From NCBI GenBank assembly GCA_938045545.1, contig CALIBN010000012.1, positions 1-64,000 on the forward strand: a stretch of DNA of 64,000 bases, written 5' to 3'. The DNA comes from an uncultured archaeon (lineage in GTDB: Archaea > Thermoproteota > EX4484-205 > JAAOZP01). Below are positions 40,735 to 52,120 of this stretch, piece by piece; the first letter of the stretch is position 1, and the number at the start of each line of letters is the position of its first letter. The position numbers and the translations under genes were made by a program. The notes below the pieces were generated by a model. The model saw only the letters and a program-made list of their open reading frames with translations, was not told the DNA's origin and ran no database searches.

Positions 40735-41643
40735 ATGCATCCTGAGGGCATTGTTACAGCGATAATAACTCCACTTAAAGATGGTGTTGAAGTCGACGAA
40801 GATGGGGTCTCCTCACTAATAAACTTTCTGATTGAGAAAGGGGTTAAAGGCTTTTTTGTCCTTGGGACTTACGGTGAAGGAATACTCGTAAGCAAAGATG
40901 AACGTGAAAGAATGCTTGAAAAAGTAGTTGAAACCGTTCCAGATAAAACCAGCGTGATTGCTCACGTTGGCGCGACAGACGTAAAGACTGCTCTTGAGCT
41001 GGCGAAGCATGCGGCAAACCTGGGAATCGGAGCAATCAGTTCCGTAGGCCCAATCTATCATAAACCAGGCAAGGAGGGGTTGATTTCATACTACAGCTAT
41101 CTTTCAAAGGCTGGCGCTCCATTAATGGTGTACAACAATAAGGGTAGACAGGGATATAATATTTCGCCGAACGATTTTGAATCTATAGTTAGAGAGGTCC
41201 CAAGTGTAATAGGTATAAAGGATACGAGTTACGATGTTGAACAGCTTCAAAATTACATTGATACGTTTGGGAAGACTCATTATGTCGCAGGAGCCGGGGA
41301 CTCGCTAATAGCGGTGACCTTTTTAATTGGAGCTAAAGCCCATGTTTGCGGTATAGCCAACGCGTTTCCAGAAATTCCTTTATCGATTTACTCCGCCGTG
41401 AAAAACGGGGATGTTAAAAAAGCTTTCGAGCTTCAAGGCGTTGTAAACAGAATTAGGAGAGAATTAAGTAAATTTGGGGTTGAAACCCAGGTTGTCCTAA
41501 GGGAAATACTTAGGCTCAGGGGGGTTGACGTCGGTTCGTCACCAATACAGTTGAGGAGGCTCACCGAGGAGGAAAAGTTAGAGGTTAAAAGGTTCTCCGA
41601 GCCTTATATCGAATATGCGGAAAGCTTAGGGTTAGAAAGATGA
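40735..41643 (+). CDS. DapA/NAL-family aldolase
   Basis: GTYGE, AHVGA, YN, GIKDT Schiff-base Lys. Confidence 0.88.
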   Translation: MHPEGIVTAIITPLKDGVEVDEDGVSSLINFLIEKGVKGFFVLGTYGEGILVSKDERERMLEKVVETVPDKTSVIAHVGATDVKTALELAKHAANLGIGAISSVGPIYHKPGKEGLISYYSYLSKAGAPLMVYNNKGRQGYNISPNDFESIVREVPSVIGIKDTSYDVEQLQNYIDTFGKTHYVAGAGDSLIAVTFLIGAKAHVCGIANAFPEIPLSIYSAVKNGDVKKAFELQGVVNRIRRELSKFGVETQVVLREILRLRGVDVGSSPIQLRRLTEEEKLEVKRFSEPYIEYAESLGLER

Positions 41644-42647
41644 GGCCCCGCGTAGCGATTGTGAACTCTAAATCTTTCGGGAGATTTACTGACGCTATAA
41701 GTAGGCTCGCATCAAGATGCATTGTGGATCAAATCGAAGTCTCGAAGAATGTGTCGGGGAAGGAATTGGCTGAGAAGCTCTCCGGATACCATTTTGTTGT
41801 AGCAAGCGTGACACCACGATATGGGGAAGAGTTCTTTAAAAGTAACGCAGACGTTGTCATGATTTTGAGGCATGGCATAGGCCTCGACAATGTTGATTTA
41901 AAGGCTGCGGAAGAGAATGGTGTGAAAATCGTTGCCGTACCTGGATATAAAGAAAGAGAGGCTGTTGCGGAACATACTGTAGCTTTAATGCTTTCCGCAC
42001 TGAGACGCGTCGCAGAAGCGAACGACGCCGTGAGAAAAGGCGGATGGCAAGAGCGCGCTAAATTCGTAAGTAGGAATATAAGTAGCCTCACAGTCGGTAT
42101 TGTAGGCTTCGGTAATATTGGCTCCAAGGTAGCTGAGATCCTTAGAAAAGGATTCGGCTCCAAAGTAATCGCCTACGATCCCTATGTGCAACAGGAGAAG
42201 ATGATGACTCTCGGGGTTGCACAGGTTAGCAGCATGATTGAACTTATGGCTAAAAGCGATATAGTTACTCTCCATACGAATCTCACTCCTGAAACATATC
42301 ATATCATTAGCAGGGAAACGCTAATGGGTGCGAGGAGAGGAATTATAGTGGTTAATACTGCGAGAGGAGAACTCATAGACCAAGATGCTCTCGTTGAAGC
42401 CATAGAGAAAGGCATTGTGGGTGCAGCAGCGTTGGATGTTGTTGAGAATGAGCCTATAGGTCTTGAGCACCCGCTTCTGAAATATAGTAATGTCGTGATC
42501 ACACCCCATATAGCAGCATATACTCGGGAATCGCTGGCAGCCATGGATGAGACGATTGTTGAAGCGATCTTCAACTATTTAGAAAAGAAACCGATTGAGG
42601 GTATTGTTGTAGACCCTATGAAATGCAGAAACTTAACACTTAGATAG
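41640..42647 (+). CDS. D-isomer-specific 2-hydroxyacid dehydrogenase
   Basis: GIGLDNVD, GFGNIG, NTARG, LDV..NEP, TPHIA. Confidence 0.92.
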   Translation: MRPRVAIVNSKSFGRFTDAISRLASRCIVDQIEVSKNVSGKELAEKLSGYHFVVASVTPRYGEEFFKSNADVVMILRHGIGLDNVDLKAAEENGVKIVAVPGYKEREAVAEHTVALMLSALRRVAEANDAVRKGGWQERAKFVSRNISSLTVGIVGFGNIGSKVAEILRKGFGSKVIAYDPYVQQEKMMTLGVAQVSSMIELMAKSDIVTLHTNLTPETYHIISRETLMGARRGIIVVNTARGELIDQDALVEAIEKGIVGAAALDVVENEPIGLEHPLLKYSNVVITPHIAAYTRESLAAMDETIVEAIFNYLEKKPIEGIVVDPMKCRNLTLR

Positions 42648-42798
42648 TTTCGTTGCCTAGCGGTGGGACAGTATTATTACTAAAGCGCGAATTTCGGGTA
42701 ACGAATATGTTTGAAACCAGTAAATGTATTAACATAGGTATGCACATTGCACAAGTAATTTTAAGGACGAAAAGCTTTTAAATTTCAACTGGTCTTTC

Positions 42799-43383
42799 TT
42801 GTACATGAGTCTTATGGGAAAGAACGTAGTTATAATTGTAGCCAACGAGTTTGAGGATGTTGAGTTGCTATATCCTTTACTGCGTTTGAGCGAAGAAGGA
42901 GCTAAGATCACAGTTGTGCCAGTTAAGAGCGGGCTGCATCCAAGGCCTTCCGCTGAGAAGCCTGTATCCGGCAGATATGGAACGCCGGTGCCCCTTGAAG
43001 TCATGGCTCCAGGTAAGCGTTACATTATAAAAACGCTTGAAGAGATAAAACCCGAGGAAGTGGATTGCCTTCTTTTCCCCGGCGGATTCTCCCCAGATGC
43101 CTTGCGGACCAATGGGAAGGTCATTGAGCTGGTTAAGAGAGCGAATCAGCTTGGAAAGCTGATAGCAGCCATCTGCCACGGTCCTCAAGTGCTGATTTCG
43201 GCGGACATAGTTAGGGGCAAGAGGGTCACAGCATACAAGGCTGTTCGAGACGACCTGATTAACGCGGGCGCGGTTTTCGAAGATGTTCCAGCCATTAGGG
43301 ATGGGAACATAATAACGGGAAGGGTTCCAGATGATCTTCCCGAGTTCTGCCGGGAAATAATCTCCTTCCTCTCTAAACAGTGA
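42799..43383 (+). CDS. PfpI/DJ-1 family protein
   Basis: FEDVE, PGGFSPDALR, AICHGP. Confidence 0.92.
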   Translation: MYMSLMGKNVVIIVANEFEDVELLYPLLRLSEEGAKITVVPVKSGLHPRPSAEKPVSGRYGTPVPLEVMAPGKRYIIKTLEEIKPEEVDCLLFPGGFSPDALRTNGKVIELVKRANQLGKLIAAICHGPQVLISADIVRGKRVTAYKAVRDDLINAGAVFEDVPAIRDGNIITGRVPDDLPEFCREIISFLSKQ

Positions 43384-43455
43384 AGCCGCGACTAAACGTC
43401 ATGATGGAAAGACAGTACGCTTCCAACCTTTAGACTAGCCTAAATCAAGCCGCCA

Positions 43456-44295
43456 TTATTTAAACCGGGTCAGCATCCTCTTCATTTTCAACGCGTCAAC
43501 CTCTAACAGGGGGGATTCACATATTATGATGAACGAGTATCCTTTTTCAACTATTATTTCTGCGAGCTTTCTGAAGTCAGGCCCGTAGTCGCTTCCAAGA
43601 GGATGATGCCGCTTCTCCCCGTAACCCTTCGAAGTCGTCTCAACCTCTGAGAAATGAACCACCAAGTTTCTCATTCTCTCGCTTCCAAGCGTTTTCTCCA
43701 CCGTGTCGAGAATCTTCTCGTAGTCTCCGCGGCTTTTAATAGAGCCTCCCGTCCTAGCGTGAACATGGGCAAAATCAAGAGTAAGCCTAACGTTTTCAAA
43801 GGTGTTTGAAAGCTCGATCAATTCTTCAAGCGTTCCAAACTGGTCCGGCTTGCCCGTTGTCTCAGGCCCCAGCTCCACACTAATCCTTTTCTCATCCATC
43901 TTCTCCAACACATTTTTAAAAGCCTCCTTCTGCGCCTGCATCGCAAGCTCCCTAGGAAGCCCGCTGTAGTAGCCCGGGTGGAAAGTCACATGGAAGGCTC
44001 CCATCCACGAGGCTATTTCAGCGGACTTGACTAGTCTCCGGATGCTCTGCCTTCTAACAAGCTTCCTGTCTGAGGAAAGGTTTATCGCATAGGGGCCGTG
44101 GAGAGTCAGGAGAATATCGTTCTCCGACGCGGTTGAGCCGAGCTCGACGGCAGGCTTCCTGCTTATCCTAAGGCTTCTCACAGCCTGGTATTCCATCGCG
44201 TTGAGCCCTATCTTCCTCAGGTAGGGCATCGCGTCTGTCCCATGCGGACCTTTTAACGGGAACCCGGCTGGCCCGATTCTACACTGGGGCGGCAA
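43456..44295 (-). CDS. nfo: endonuclease IV (AP endonuclease family 2)
   Basis: HGPYAINL, FHPG, PETTGK..QFG, DFAHVHA, ICESP. Confidence 0.9.
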   Translation of the reverse strand: MPPQCRIGPAGFPLKGPHGTDAMPYLRKIGLNAMEYQAVRSLRISRKPAVELGSTASENDILLTLHGPYAINLSSDRKLVRRQSIRRLVKSAEIASWMGAFHVTFHPGYYSGLPRELAMQAQKEAFKNVLEKMDEKRISVELGPETTGKPDQFGTLEELIELSNTFENVRLTLDFAHVHARTGGSIKSRGDYEKILDTVEKTLGSERMRNLVVHFSEVETTSKGYGEKRHHPLGSDYGPDFRKLAEIIVEKGYSFIIICESPLLEVDALKMKRMLTRFK

Positions 44296-44384
44296 TGCTG
44301 AAGAAAGTGTAGAAGTGTTTTTTAAACATTAAGCCGAGCGGATTCAACCCTAGGGGAAGATTCCTACCGCAGTTAACCCATAGA

Positions 44385-44852
44385 CTAGGTTTGCGCAGTC
44401 CTAGCCTTCTTTTCCGCAAGCAGCTTCCCGTAGTATTCAACCCAGCTGTCGTCGACTGGTCTAAACTTGAAGCCGTAGCTTATTATCCCTCCATCTTCCT
44501 GCTCGAAAAGCTTTCGGAAGCAGACTTCAACCTCCATCCCTATGTGCACGTCTTCAGGCTTGCAGTCCACTATTTGCGAGAGGACCCTTGGACCCTCCTG
44601 AAGCTCGATCAGCCCTATGACGTATGGGGCATACTCGTCGAATGTTTTAGAGCCGACATGGATCACCGTGTAGCTGAAAACCCTGCCTCTGCCTGAGAAC
44701 TCGACCTCCCTAGTCCTGCCTTTTCTCCGGCACTTCGGGCAGATCTTCCTACGTGGGAAGAAGCTTGTCCCACAGTTCTCGCAGTATGTGCCGAGAAGCC
44801 TGTATCTTTCCCTTTGACTCCTCCAGTGTCTAGGCACTCCGGAGACACTCAC
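44385..44852 (-). CDS. DUF35 Zn-ribbon/OB-fold scaffold of the thiolase-HMGCS complex
   Basis: CENCG..FFP...CPKC, YGFKFRP. Confidence 0.93.
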   Translation of the reverse strand: MSVSGVPRHWRSQRERYRLLGTYCENCGTSFFPRRKICPKCRRKGRTREVEFSGRGRVFSYTVIHVGSKTFDEYAPYVIGLIELQEGPRVLSQIVDCKPEDVHIGMEVEVCFRKLFEQEDGGIISYGFKFRPVDDSWVEYYGKLLAEKKARTAQT

Positions 44853-44858
44853 GCTGTT

Positions 44859-46025
44859 TCACCTCCTTGAAAGTATGGTTACGACAGCGGTGGCGCCCGA
44901 CCCGCCTACGTTGTGCGCTAAGCCGATCTCAGCCTCGTCTACCTGCCTGCCCCCCTCCGCCTCTCCCCTCAGCTGCTTCACGATCTCAACTAGCTGTTTT
45001 ACTCCGGTTGCGCCGACCGCGTGTCCGCCTGCCTTCAGCCCCCCGTCGGTGTTCACCGGCAACCTGCCTCCAACATAGGTCTCCCCCTCCTCGTAAAGCT
45101 TGAACGCCTCCCCCTTGGCGCAGAAGCCAAGGTCCTCTAGAGCCAGTATCTCCGCTATCGTGAAACAGTCATGCACCTCAACCAAGTCGACATCCCTCCT
45201 GGCGAGCTTAGCCATCGCGAAAGCCTTCTCCGCAGCTTGCACCGTCGCGTTCAGGGTGCATATGTCCCTCCTTTCAAGGAGGCTGAGCGTGTCTGATGCT
45301 TGCGCCACACCCTTAACGATTATCGGCGTGTCCGTGTATTTATGCGCCTCATCCAGCGGTGCAAGCAGCACGCAGGCAGCACCGTCTGAAACAGGGCAGC
45401 AGTCATTCCTCCTTAACGGATGGGCTACGATGGGGGAGGAGAGCACGTCCTCCACAGTCATCCTGTTCCTGAAGTGTGCAAGCGGGTTCATGCTTCCATG
45501 GTAATGGTTTTTAACAGCTACTTTGGCAAGCGTCTCCGGCTTAAGGCCGTAATCATGCATATATCTGGTTGCCATCAGCGCGTAAACACCTGGGAAAGTG
45601 GCACCGAAGTATGCTTCCCACTCATAGTCCATTGCTGCTGAAAGAATCTCAGTAGCCTGTCCTGGTTCAACGTCAGTCATCTTCTCAACCCCGCCGACAG
45701 CCACAAGGTCATACATGCCTGACGCTACAGCCAAGTAGCCTTGGAAGAAAGCCACCCCGCCGGAGGCACATGCAGCCTCAACCCTTGTAGCTGGCACAGG
45801 GTTCAACCCCAGGAAGTCCGCCACAAGGGCTCCAACATGCTCCTGCCCTTCGAACATTCCTCCAGACATGTTTCCGAAGACGATGTACTGAATATCTTTT
45901 CCGCTTATGCCTGCTTCTTCAACAGCCTGGACCCCTGCTTCCCACGCCAAGTCCTTAAGACCCTTGCTCCAGTGTTCCCCGAACCTTGTTGCGCCAACAG
46001 CCACTATCGCAACCTCTCTCTTCAA
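44859..46025 (-). CDS. acetoacetyl-CoA thiolase
   Basis: [29 protein letters not shown]. Confidence 0.93.
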   Translation of the reverse strand: MKREVAIVAVGATRFGEHWSKGLKDLAWEAGVQAVEEAGISGKDIQYIVFGNMSGGMFEGQEHVGALVADFLGLNPVPATRVEAACASGGVAFFQGYLAVASGMYDLVAVGGVEKMTDVEPGQATEILSAAMDYEWEAYFGATFPGVYALMATRYMHDYGLKPETLAKVAVKNHYHGSMNPLAHFRNRMTVEDVLSSPIVAHPLRRNDCCPVSDGAACVLLAPLDEAHKYTDTPIIVKGVAQASDTLSLLERRDICTLNATVQAAEKAFAMAKLARRDVDLVEVHDCFTIAEILALEDLGFCAKGEAFKLYEEGETYVGGRLPVNTDGGLKAGGHAVGATGVKQLVEIVKQLRGEAEGGRQVDEAEIGLAHNVGGSGATAVVTILSRR

Positions 46026-46032
46026 ACCATGG

Positions 46033-47082
46033 TCACCTCTCTTTGAAAAGCCTCCTGTACCTCGCATAGGTCGAGTAATCTATGTATTCACGCTTATCCA
46101 GGTAGTATATCACAGGCGGGGCCAGCTTCCTCTTGGAATCTATGGCTGCCGTCACCCTTATGCTGAAAGAGTCTGAGCCGGCTCCAGAACCATATGAGGT
46201 TAGCAGAATCCTTTCCCCGGGGCTTGCAACATCCAAGACTGCTGCCAGGCCGAGTAGAGAGGAGCCTGAGTAAGTGTTTCCGAGGCGGTTGACCAGGAGA
46301 CCAGGATGGAGCTTCTTATCCTCGAAGCCGAGCTCCCTGGCGGCTTTCAACGGGAACTTCGAGTTAGGCTGGTGGAACACTACGTAATCGTAATCCCGAG
46401 GTGTTGTCCCAGTTTTCTCCAACAGGATCCTCGTGCAGTTTATAACGTGCTCGAAGTACGCGGGCTCGCCTGTGAATCTTCCAGCGTGTCTAGGGTAGCT
46501 GTCGCCATCCCTCCTCCAGAAGTCAGGGACATCCTGCGTGTAGGAATATGTTGCCTCAACCTCGGCGATCACACCTTCTCCCGCGCCTATTACGTAAGCG
46601 GCTCCGCCTGCTGCAGCAGTATACTCGAGCGCATCCCTAGGTGCTCCCTGAGCTGTGTCAGCCCCTATCGAGATACCGTACCTTATGTATCCTGCCTTAA
46701 CCATCCCTAAGCATGCTTGGATTGCTGTTGTAGCAGCCTTGCAGGCGAACTCTGTGTCTGCCGCGGTTAGGCTTGGCGTTAAGCCCAGGGCTTCTGCGAC
46801 GGTTGCTGCCGTCGGCTTAACAACATACGGGTGGGATTCTGAGCCCACGAACAGGGCGCCGACCTCGCTCGGCTTAACCTCCCGCGCCCGCCTCATAGCG
46901 TTTCTCGCAGCCTCAACGGCTATCGTCGCGGTATCCTCGTCTAGCGACGGAACAGACTTCTCCTCTATTCCAAGCCCCTCCCTGTAGGAGTTGGCATCAT
47001 GCCCCCAGACTCTCGCTATCTCTTCAACCCTGATTCTCAGCCTAGGCACGTATGCTCCGTAGCCAACTATCCCAACCCTCAT
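46033..47082 (-). CDS. archaeal hydroxymethylglutaryl-CoA synthase
   Basis: [33 protein letters not shown]. Confidence 0.95.
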   Translation of the reverse strand: MRVGIVGYGAYVPRLRIRVEEIARVWGHDANSYREGLGIEEKSVPSLDEDTATIAVEAARNAMRRAREVKPSEVGALFVGSESHPYVVKPTAATVAEALGLTPSLTAADTEFACKAATTAIQACLGMVKAGYIRYGISIGADTAQGAPRDALEYTAAAGGAAYVIGAGEGVIAEVEATYSYTQDVPDFWRRDGDSYPRHAGRFTGEPAYFEHVINCTRILLEKTGTTPRDYDYVVFHQPNSKFPLKAARELGFEDKKLHPGLLVNRLGNTYSGSSLLGLAAVLDVASPGERILLTSYGSGAGSDSFSIRVTAAIDSKRKLAPPVIYYLDKREYIDYSTYARYRRLFKER

Positions 47083-47233
47083 GCTTGAATCCAATGTTTG
47101 CGCTTCTTCGGGAAACCGGTATTTAACCTTACCATTAGATGTTCAGAAAACATCCGTCTAAAGTCGACTGATTTTCAACCGTAAAAACGTGTTCGCAGGT
47201 TACATCAACCGGAACATAGAAAAGGAGTGAGCT

Positions 47234-48868
47234 TCATCGATAAGGCTTTTGGAGAAGAGTGTTAAGCCGGGTTACTACATGTTCCCTGCCCAGTGTCGCA
47301 AGCAGGTAGCCGAGCCTTGGGCCACTTCCTCTTCCTGTGAAAACCATGTAAAGCTTCTCGAAGAAGCTTGACGAGGGGATGCCGTGCCTACGGGCAGTGG
47401 AGTAAATAATGTTCTGTATTTCCTCGCCGTTAAACTCTTTAAGCGACGACAACTCTTCCACAAGCTCCTTTAAGGCCTGTTTGAAGCCGCTTAAATCCAC
47501 TTCCACGGGTTCCCTCTTCAAAACGTACTTGCTGGCATCCGCGAACGTCGAAAGCCAGTTTCCAGCAAGCCTAAGTCTCCGGAGCACCCTCTCCCTGTCT
47601 TCTTCACACGCCTCCTCTTTTACGACGCCTGCCCTAACCAGGCTTCTGTAAGCCTCCTCAACCGGGTAGAACTGGACGACGTAGCTTGCAAGCAGGTAGC
47701 TTACTCTCAACGGCTTTTTCGCAGGGACTTTTCCAACTATCGCAGGATATATTCTCGCAGCCTCCTCCGAGTCCCCTTTGAAAAAGCTCTCCTCAAACCT
47801 GTCGAACTCCTCAACTAGGAGGTGTAGATTCTTCAAGTCGATATTCCTCTGCATCATTGGCCTCTTAGTGTAGAGGTACTTTATCACCTCGGGCTCAAGA
47901 ACCTTCAGCAGGTCGTGCAGTATGTACGCGTTACCCTTTCTACTCGACATTTTCTCGCCGTTAACAAGGAAGAACTCGTAGACGAGGCTTGCCGGCGGCT
48001 CTATCCCGTAGACTTCCCTGGCCAATGCTTGACCAGACTTCCAGGAGCCCTCGTAATGATCCTTTCCGAAGGGCTCCGCGTTAACCTGGAAAACCCTCCA
48101 CTGTGCAACCCATTCTAGACGCCAGGGAAGCTTACCCTCTTTAAGCGTTGAAAAACCCCTGTGTCCACAGCCCTTTATCACGTATTTCCCGGCTAGAACC
48201 CTCCCTTTACACTCGTACTCAACAGTCTCGCTGCCAAGGTCGAAGCTTAGAGCCGTCGTCGTTATTTTCCCACAGTTGTCGCAGACAGGGTGGAAAGGTA
48301 TCCAGTTTTTCTCAACGTTTCTCTGAAACCTGCTTAAAACCTCCCTTACGAGCATCGTCTTAGAGAGGGTCAGCCTAGTGGCTTCGAGAAACCTTCCGCT
48401 CGCGTAAGACTCGCTGTTATCATAGTTCTCCACGACTATTCCTATTCTGCTCAACCCGTCTTGAATCACGGAGTTGAAATGCTCCCCCCAAGACCTGTGG
48501 CATCCGAAGACATCCGGTATACGGCTGTACGGCCAGCCTAAGTGTTTTTCAAGCGTCGCAAGCTCCTGCTCCGTGAAAACGTGCCACTCCCCGTCCCCGT
48601 CGGGCGCGGAAGGCGGAATAGTTCTGAGAGGATCCATGTCGTCGTTAGTGTAGAGCAGCCTTGCGCGAACACCCTTCCTGGTTAAAGCATCATGTATGAA
48701 GAAGGCGCGTATCTGGTCGTTCAGATTGCCTATGTGTTTCCCTCCTGAAGGAGAGCCGCCGCTCTTAACGGTCACGATGGACATGTTGTTTCTCCTAGCA
48801 TGCTCAATCGCCGCATCGGCCACCGCATCAGCCCAGAACACGAACCTGCCCTTATTCCTGTTCTCCAT
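47234..48868 (-). CDS. lysS: class I lysyl-tRNA synthetase
   Basis: PSGGKHIGN, GKLPWRLEW, EPFGKDH, KMSSRKGN, GPRLG. Confidence 0.95.
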   Translation of the reverse strand: MENRNKGRFVFWADAVADAAIEHARRNNMSIVTVKSGGSPSGGKHIGNLNDQIRAFFIHDALTRKGVRARLLYTNDDMDPLRTIPPSAPDGDGEWHVFTEQELATLEKHLGWPYSRIPDVFGCHRSWGEHFNSVIQDGLSRIGIVVENYDNSESYASGRFLEATRLTLSKTMLVREVLSRFQRNVEKNWIPFHPVCDNCGKITTTALSFDLGSETVEYECKGRVLAGKYVIKGCGHRGFSTLKEGKLPWRLEWVAQWRVFQVNAEPFGKDHYEGSWKSGQALAREVYGIEPPASLVYEFFLVNGEKMSSRKGNAYILHDLLKVLEPEVIKYLYTKRPMMQRNIDLKNLHLLVEEFDRFEESFFKGDSEEAARIYPAIVGKVPAKKPLRVSYLLASYVVQFYPVEEAYRSLVRAGVVKEEACEEDRERVLRRLRLAGNWLSTFADASKYVLKREPVEVDLSGFKQALKELVEELSSLKEFNGEEIQNIIYSTARRHGIPSSSFFEKLYMVFTGRGSGPRLGYLLATLGREHVVTRLNTLLQKPYR

Positions 48869-48919
48869 GCTTGGTTGAGGCGAATTAGGTTTAAAAGCCT
48901 ATGTAAATAAAGTTTAACA

Positions 48920-49013
48920 GGGCCCGTGGCCAAGCCAGGATAAAGGCGTCGAGAGGATTGCTCGCGCAGGCCTCCGGAGCCGGAGAACCTGGGTTCAAAT
49001 CCCAGCGGGCCCG
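48920..49013 (+). tRNA. tRNA-Arg(CCG) with an ~18 nt non-canonical intron in the 5' anticodon stem
   Basis: GGGCCCG/CGGGCCC acceptor; CTGGG-TTCAAAT-CCCAG T-arm; removing ~48951-48968 gives TCGGC-CT CCG GA-GCCGG. Confidence 0.88.
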
Positions 49014-49119
49014 CTGCCCCAGGTTTGACGCGTTAAAAGGGTACGAACATGCTCGGGGAAAGTTTGTGTTTTTGTCCTGGAAAAAAGGTTTCCAGACGAT
49101 GCTGGTTAACGGCTTAGCT

Positions 49120-50172
49120 TTAAACTCTTCTAGGCCTCCTGTCCAGCGCCTTCGGCAGGGGTGGGAATTTCTTATGGGGCTCAGACTGATACCAGTATGC
49201 TACGCTCGAATAATCGTTACCCTGGTCGTTAGCATGCCCGTGTTCAATAGTCACCCTGATTGACTTCGTGAACCGAACCGGGTCTTCTATGTGAAACCTG
49301 TAGACGCTCCATTTTCCAGACCACTCTACAGTGTCTCCGGCAAGTGAGACGCCGTGATACGGCCCCGAGTACTCCCCGCATGGGAAGCCCCACGCAGCTA
49401 AGAAGTAGTCCTCAGTGCCGGTGCCATGGATGCTGGGAGGCCATTTTTCCCCGTCTACGAAAATCATGTCGTCACCCTCTCCGAACCACGTGTACTTCTG
49501 GTGGAAAGCGTTGAAATTGTCCACGTGGAGAACGCATCCCACATAGTGGCCTACGCCCTCCGCGTAAAGTATTAAATAGTTGTCTTCACCAGTAGTGTTT
49601 AAGCCCTCCCCGCTGTGTTCAACCGGGGTGCACGGATTCTCCCTGTTCCACCAGCAGTGGAACCTGCCGTAGTCGTCAGGTATTTCGTCAAACTGCTCGT
49701 AGTCTATGTGGAAGTAAAGTATAACCTCGTCGTCCTTCTCGTTCTCAACCTCTATCCTAGCCCCGTTTGAGAACGGCATTGGAAAGTAGCAGTTCATCCC
49801 CGCGTTGACCCCTCTGCCGGGTCCCCTCACCATGCTTAACGGAAGCGAAACGAAATGATTTGCAACACCGTGACCGACCCCAAAAAAGTCTCCGAGAGGT
49901 GTTTCAACGCTAGCATCCTGCTCACCATCCCAGTACATTCTCAACACGGCGTCTCTAAGGCAGAGCTTGTTGAGGGAGCTCACCGTGAACCATATGTGTC
50001 TTATTATTCCCGCGCCCTTGATTCCAGCAATATTAACTTTTTCACGTGAACCTATAATCCAGTAATCCTTGTTGCCACCAGTCTTGTCGAAGGAGGAGAG
50101 CCTTCTGGTTTTAGCGTGAACTATCCTAGGCAGGTTTGAAAGCGGCCCGTTTAGAAAGTTTAACCCGTTCAT
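49120..50172 (-). CDS. DUF2961 / GH172-family glycoside hydrolase
   Basis: PLGDFFG.GH, NCYFPMPF, WFGEGD, GTGTEDYF, YRFHIEDP, EHGHAN. Confidence 0.88.
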   Translation of the reverse strand: MNGLNFLNGPLSNLPRIVHAKTRRLSSFDKTGGNKDYWIIGSREKVNIAGIKGAGIIRHIWFTVSSLNKLCLRDAVLRMYWDGEQDASVETPLGDFFGVGHGVANHFVSLPLSMVRGPGRGVNAGMNCYFPMPFSNGARIEVENEKDDEVILYFHIDYEQFDEIPDDYGRFHCWWNRENPCTPVEHSGEGLNTTGEDNYLILYAEGVGHYVGCVLHVDNFNAFHQKYTWFGEGDDMIFVDGEKWPPSIHGTGTEDYFLAAWGFPCGEYSGPYHGVSLAGDTVEWSGKWSVYRFHIEDPVRFTKSIRVTIEHGHANDQGNDYSSVAYWYQSEPHKKFPPLPKALDRRPRRV

Positions 50173-50232
50173 GAAGCGGGTGGGAACGTTTGCTTTTTAA
50201 AGGTTTCCCAGTGAAACCTGTTTTTAAGGCTT

Positions 50233-51099
50233 TTAGAAAACCACTTCCTCGAAAAGCCTTAGAAACCTGTCGACGTCAACATTCAAACACACAGATGAAT
50301 TAGGAGTGCCGTTGGTTGGAACGGTGAAGCCGCGCGTATACTCTCCTTTAAGCTCAACCTCAACCCTGGTTTTCTCAGCATTAACAACCTTGCCGTCCAC
50401 CAGCGTGGCTAAAGCCAGAGGGTCGTGTAAAACCGGCTGCCTGAGACCGGTGCTCCCAGTCCAAGCGTCAAGCATTGCTGAAACAAGCCTGTGCTCAGGC
50501 TTCCCGCTGGACTTTAATTTCTCAACCATGTTCACAGGCATTACGCATTTCATCGTGACATCCAACCCGACTAGAAGAGGATTCAAACCTGACTTCAGAA
50601 CAAGGCTTAAAGCCTCAGGGTCGCATTTAACATTGTATTCAGCGCCAGAACCCTTGAAGACCCCTGCCATCGAGGTTAGTCTAACCCTCTTCTCGATACC
50701 GTGGTTAAAGAGTAGTGTTAAAGCAATGTTCGTCATCGGGCCTATGCTGACAAGGTTAAGCCCATCAACTTCACAGGCTTTCTCAGAAATAATTTTCCAA
50801 GCCGGCGTCTCCAGAATGTTTGGAAAAGCCTCACCCTCCTTTAAAACCTCTGCTTGACAGGGCTTCCATCCGGGTTTAAACCCAAGGAGGCTCTGGGGTG
50901 AGCCTTGGGCCACGGGTGTTTTCAAGCCTAGTGTTGATATGAGCTTGGAGGCCAGCCTGGCCCTCGTCTCAACGTCGCCCCAGACGACAGTAACCGCCTC
51001 AAGCTCCAGCTCGCTGCACTTCAGCGCGAACAACAGTGCAAAAGCATCATCTATGTCGTCACCTATATCAGTATCCAGAATTATCGGCTTAACCGTCAT
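50233..51099 (-). CDS. inosine-uridine nucleoside hydrolase family
   Basis: DTDIGDDIDD, GPMTN, EYNVKCDPEA, GLDVT, LHDPLA. Confidence 0.92.
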   Translation of the reverse strand: MTVKPIILDTDIGDDIDDAFALLFALKCSELELEAVTVVWGDVETRARLASKLISTLGLKTPVAQGSPQSLLGFKPGWKPCQAEVLKEGEAFPNILETPAWKIISEKACEVDGLNLVSIGPMTNIALTLLFNHGIEKRVRLTSMAGVFKGSGAEYNVKCDPEALSLVLKSGLNPLLVGLDVTMKCVMPVNMVEKLKSSGKPEHRLVSAMLDAWTGSTGLRQPVLHDPLALATLVDGKVVNAEKTRVEVELKGEYTRGFTVPTNGTPNSSVCLNVDVDRFLRLFEEVVF

Positions 51100-51189
51100 G
51101 CTAAGCCTAGAGAAATGTTTTCTCGGGTTAATAAAGAATGCTTTTCAAAGTTGGATGGATTAAAAATCTTAAAAACGGGTAATGTTTAA

Positions 51190-52082
51190 ATGAAACAGCC
51201 GTTTAATGCTAACTGCATGCATAGATCAAAAGCCGTTTTAATATTAGGTTACGTAAAGTTAACCCGCCCTTTGGGCTCTTTTCTAATAGGCTTAGCTGCC
51301 TTTCTGGGCCAAGTGGTTGCCCTGGAGGGTTTACCATCTTTGCCCCTTGCTGTTTTCCCGTTTTTAGCCTCATTTTTCATTACCGCTTCATCTTTTGCTT
51401 TCAACGACTATTTTTGACTTTGAGATTGACAGGATCAACAGGCCGAGTCGGCCGATTCCATCGGGAATTGTTTCAAGAGGATCCGCGCTTGTTTCAAGTT
51501 TAATATTTGCTTTACTAGGTTTTTCATCGCTTTAACGACGAATATTCAAGCATTTGTAGTATTTTCAATCGCATTCTTCCTATCGGTTGTTTACAGCATA
51601 TATGGTAAGGCTTACGGCCTTCTAGGGAACATGATGGTTGCCTTCTGCGTCTCCACGCCCTTCGTATTTGGAGCTCTTTCAGCCACTGCTTCCATAAGTT
51701 ATGTTGTTTTTTCGTTTTTCATACTCAGCTTCTTTTCTAACCTTGGCAGGGAAATAGTTCAAAGCATTCATGACATGGAGGGAGACAGTTGAAGAAAATA
51801 AGGAGTGTTGCAATTGTTCACGGCCCTCTGGTTGCCGCCATCCTAGGATCAGCGTGCTACGCCGTAACGGTTTTTCTAGGACCATTATTGTTTCTAAACA
51901 TATTTGAAAAAACAGAGCTTTTTCCCCTACTAATCGTTATTGCTTCGGAAATAGGTTTCCTTGTCTCAATATTTTACCTTTTAAAGAATCCCTCGAAAGA
52001 AAGGGCGTTAAAAACCATAAGGCAAGTAAACCTCTGGATGTTTTTAATTCTAATCGGTTCCATCATGGCTGCCAGTCTTTGA
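51190..52082 (+). pseudogene. UbiA / DGGGP-synthase-like prenyltransferase, frameshifted
   Basis: KLTRP, ND.FD.EIDRINRPSRPIPSG, GLLGN, GREIVQSIHDMEGD split over several frames. Confidence 0.8.
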
Positions 52083-52120
52083 ATAAAGGTTATTGGAAAT
52101 AGATGTGAAAAATCTTGCTG

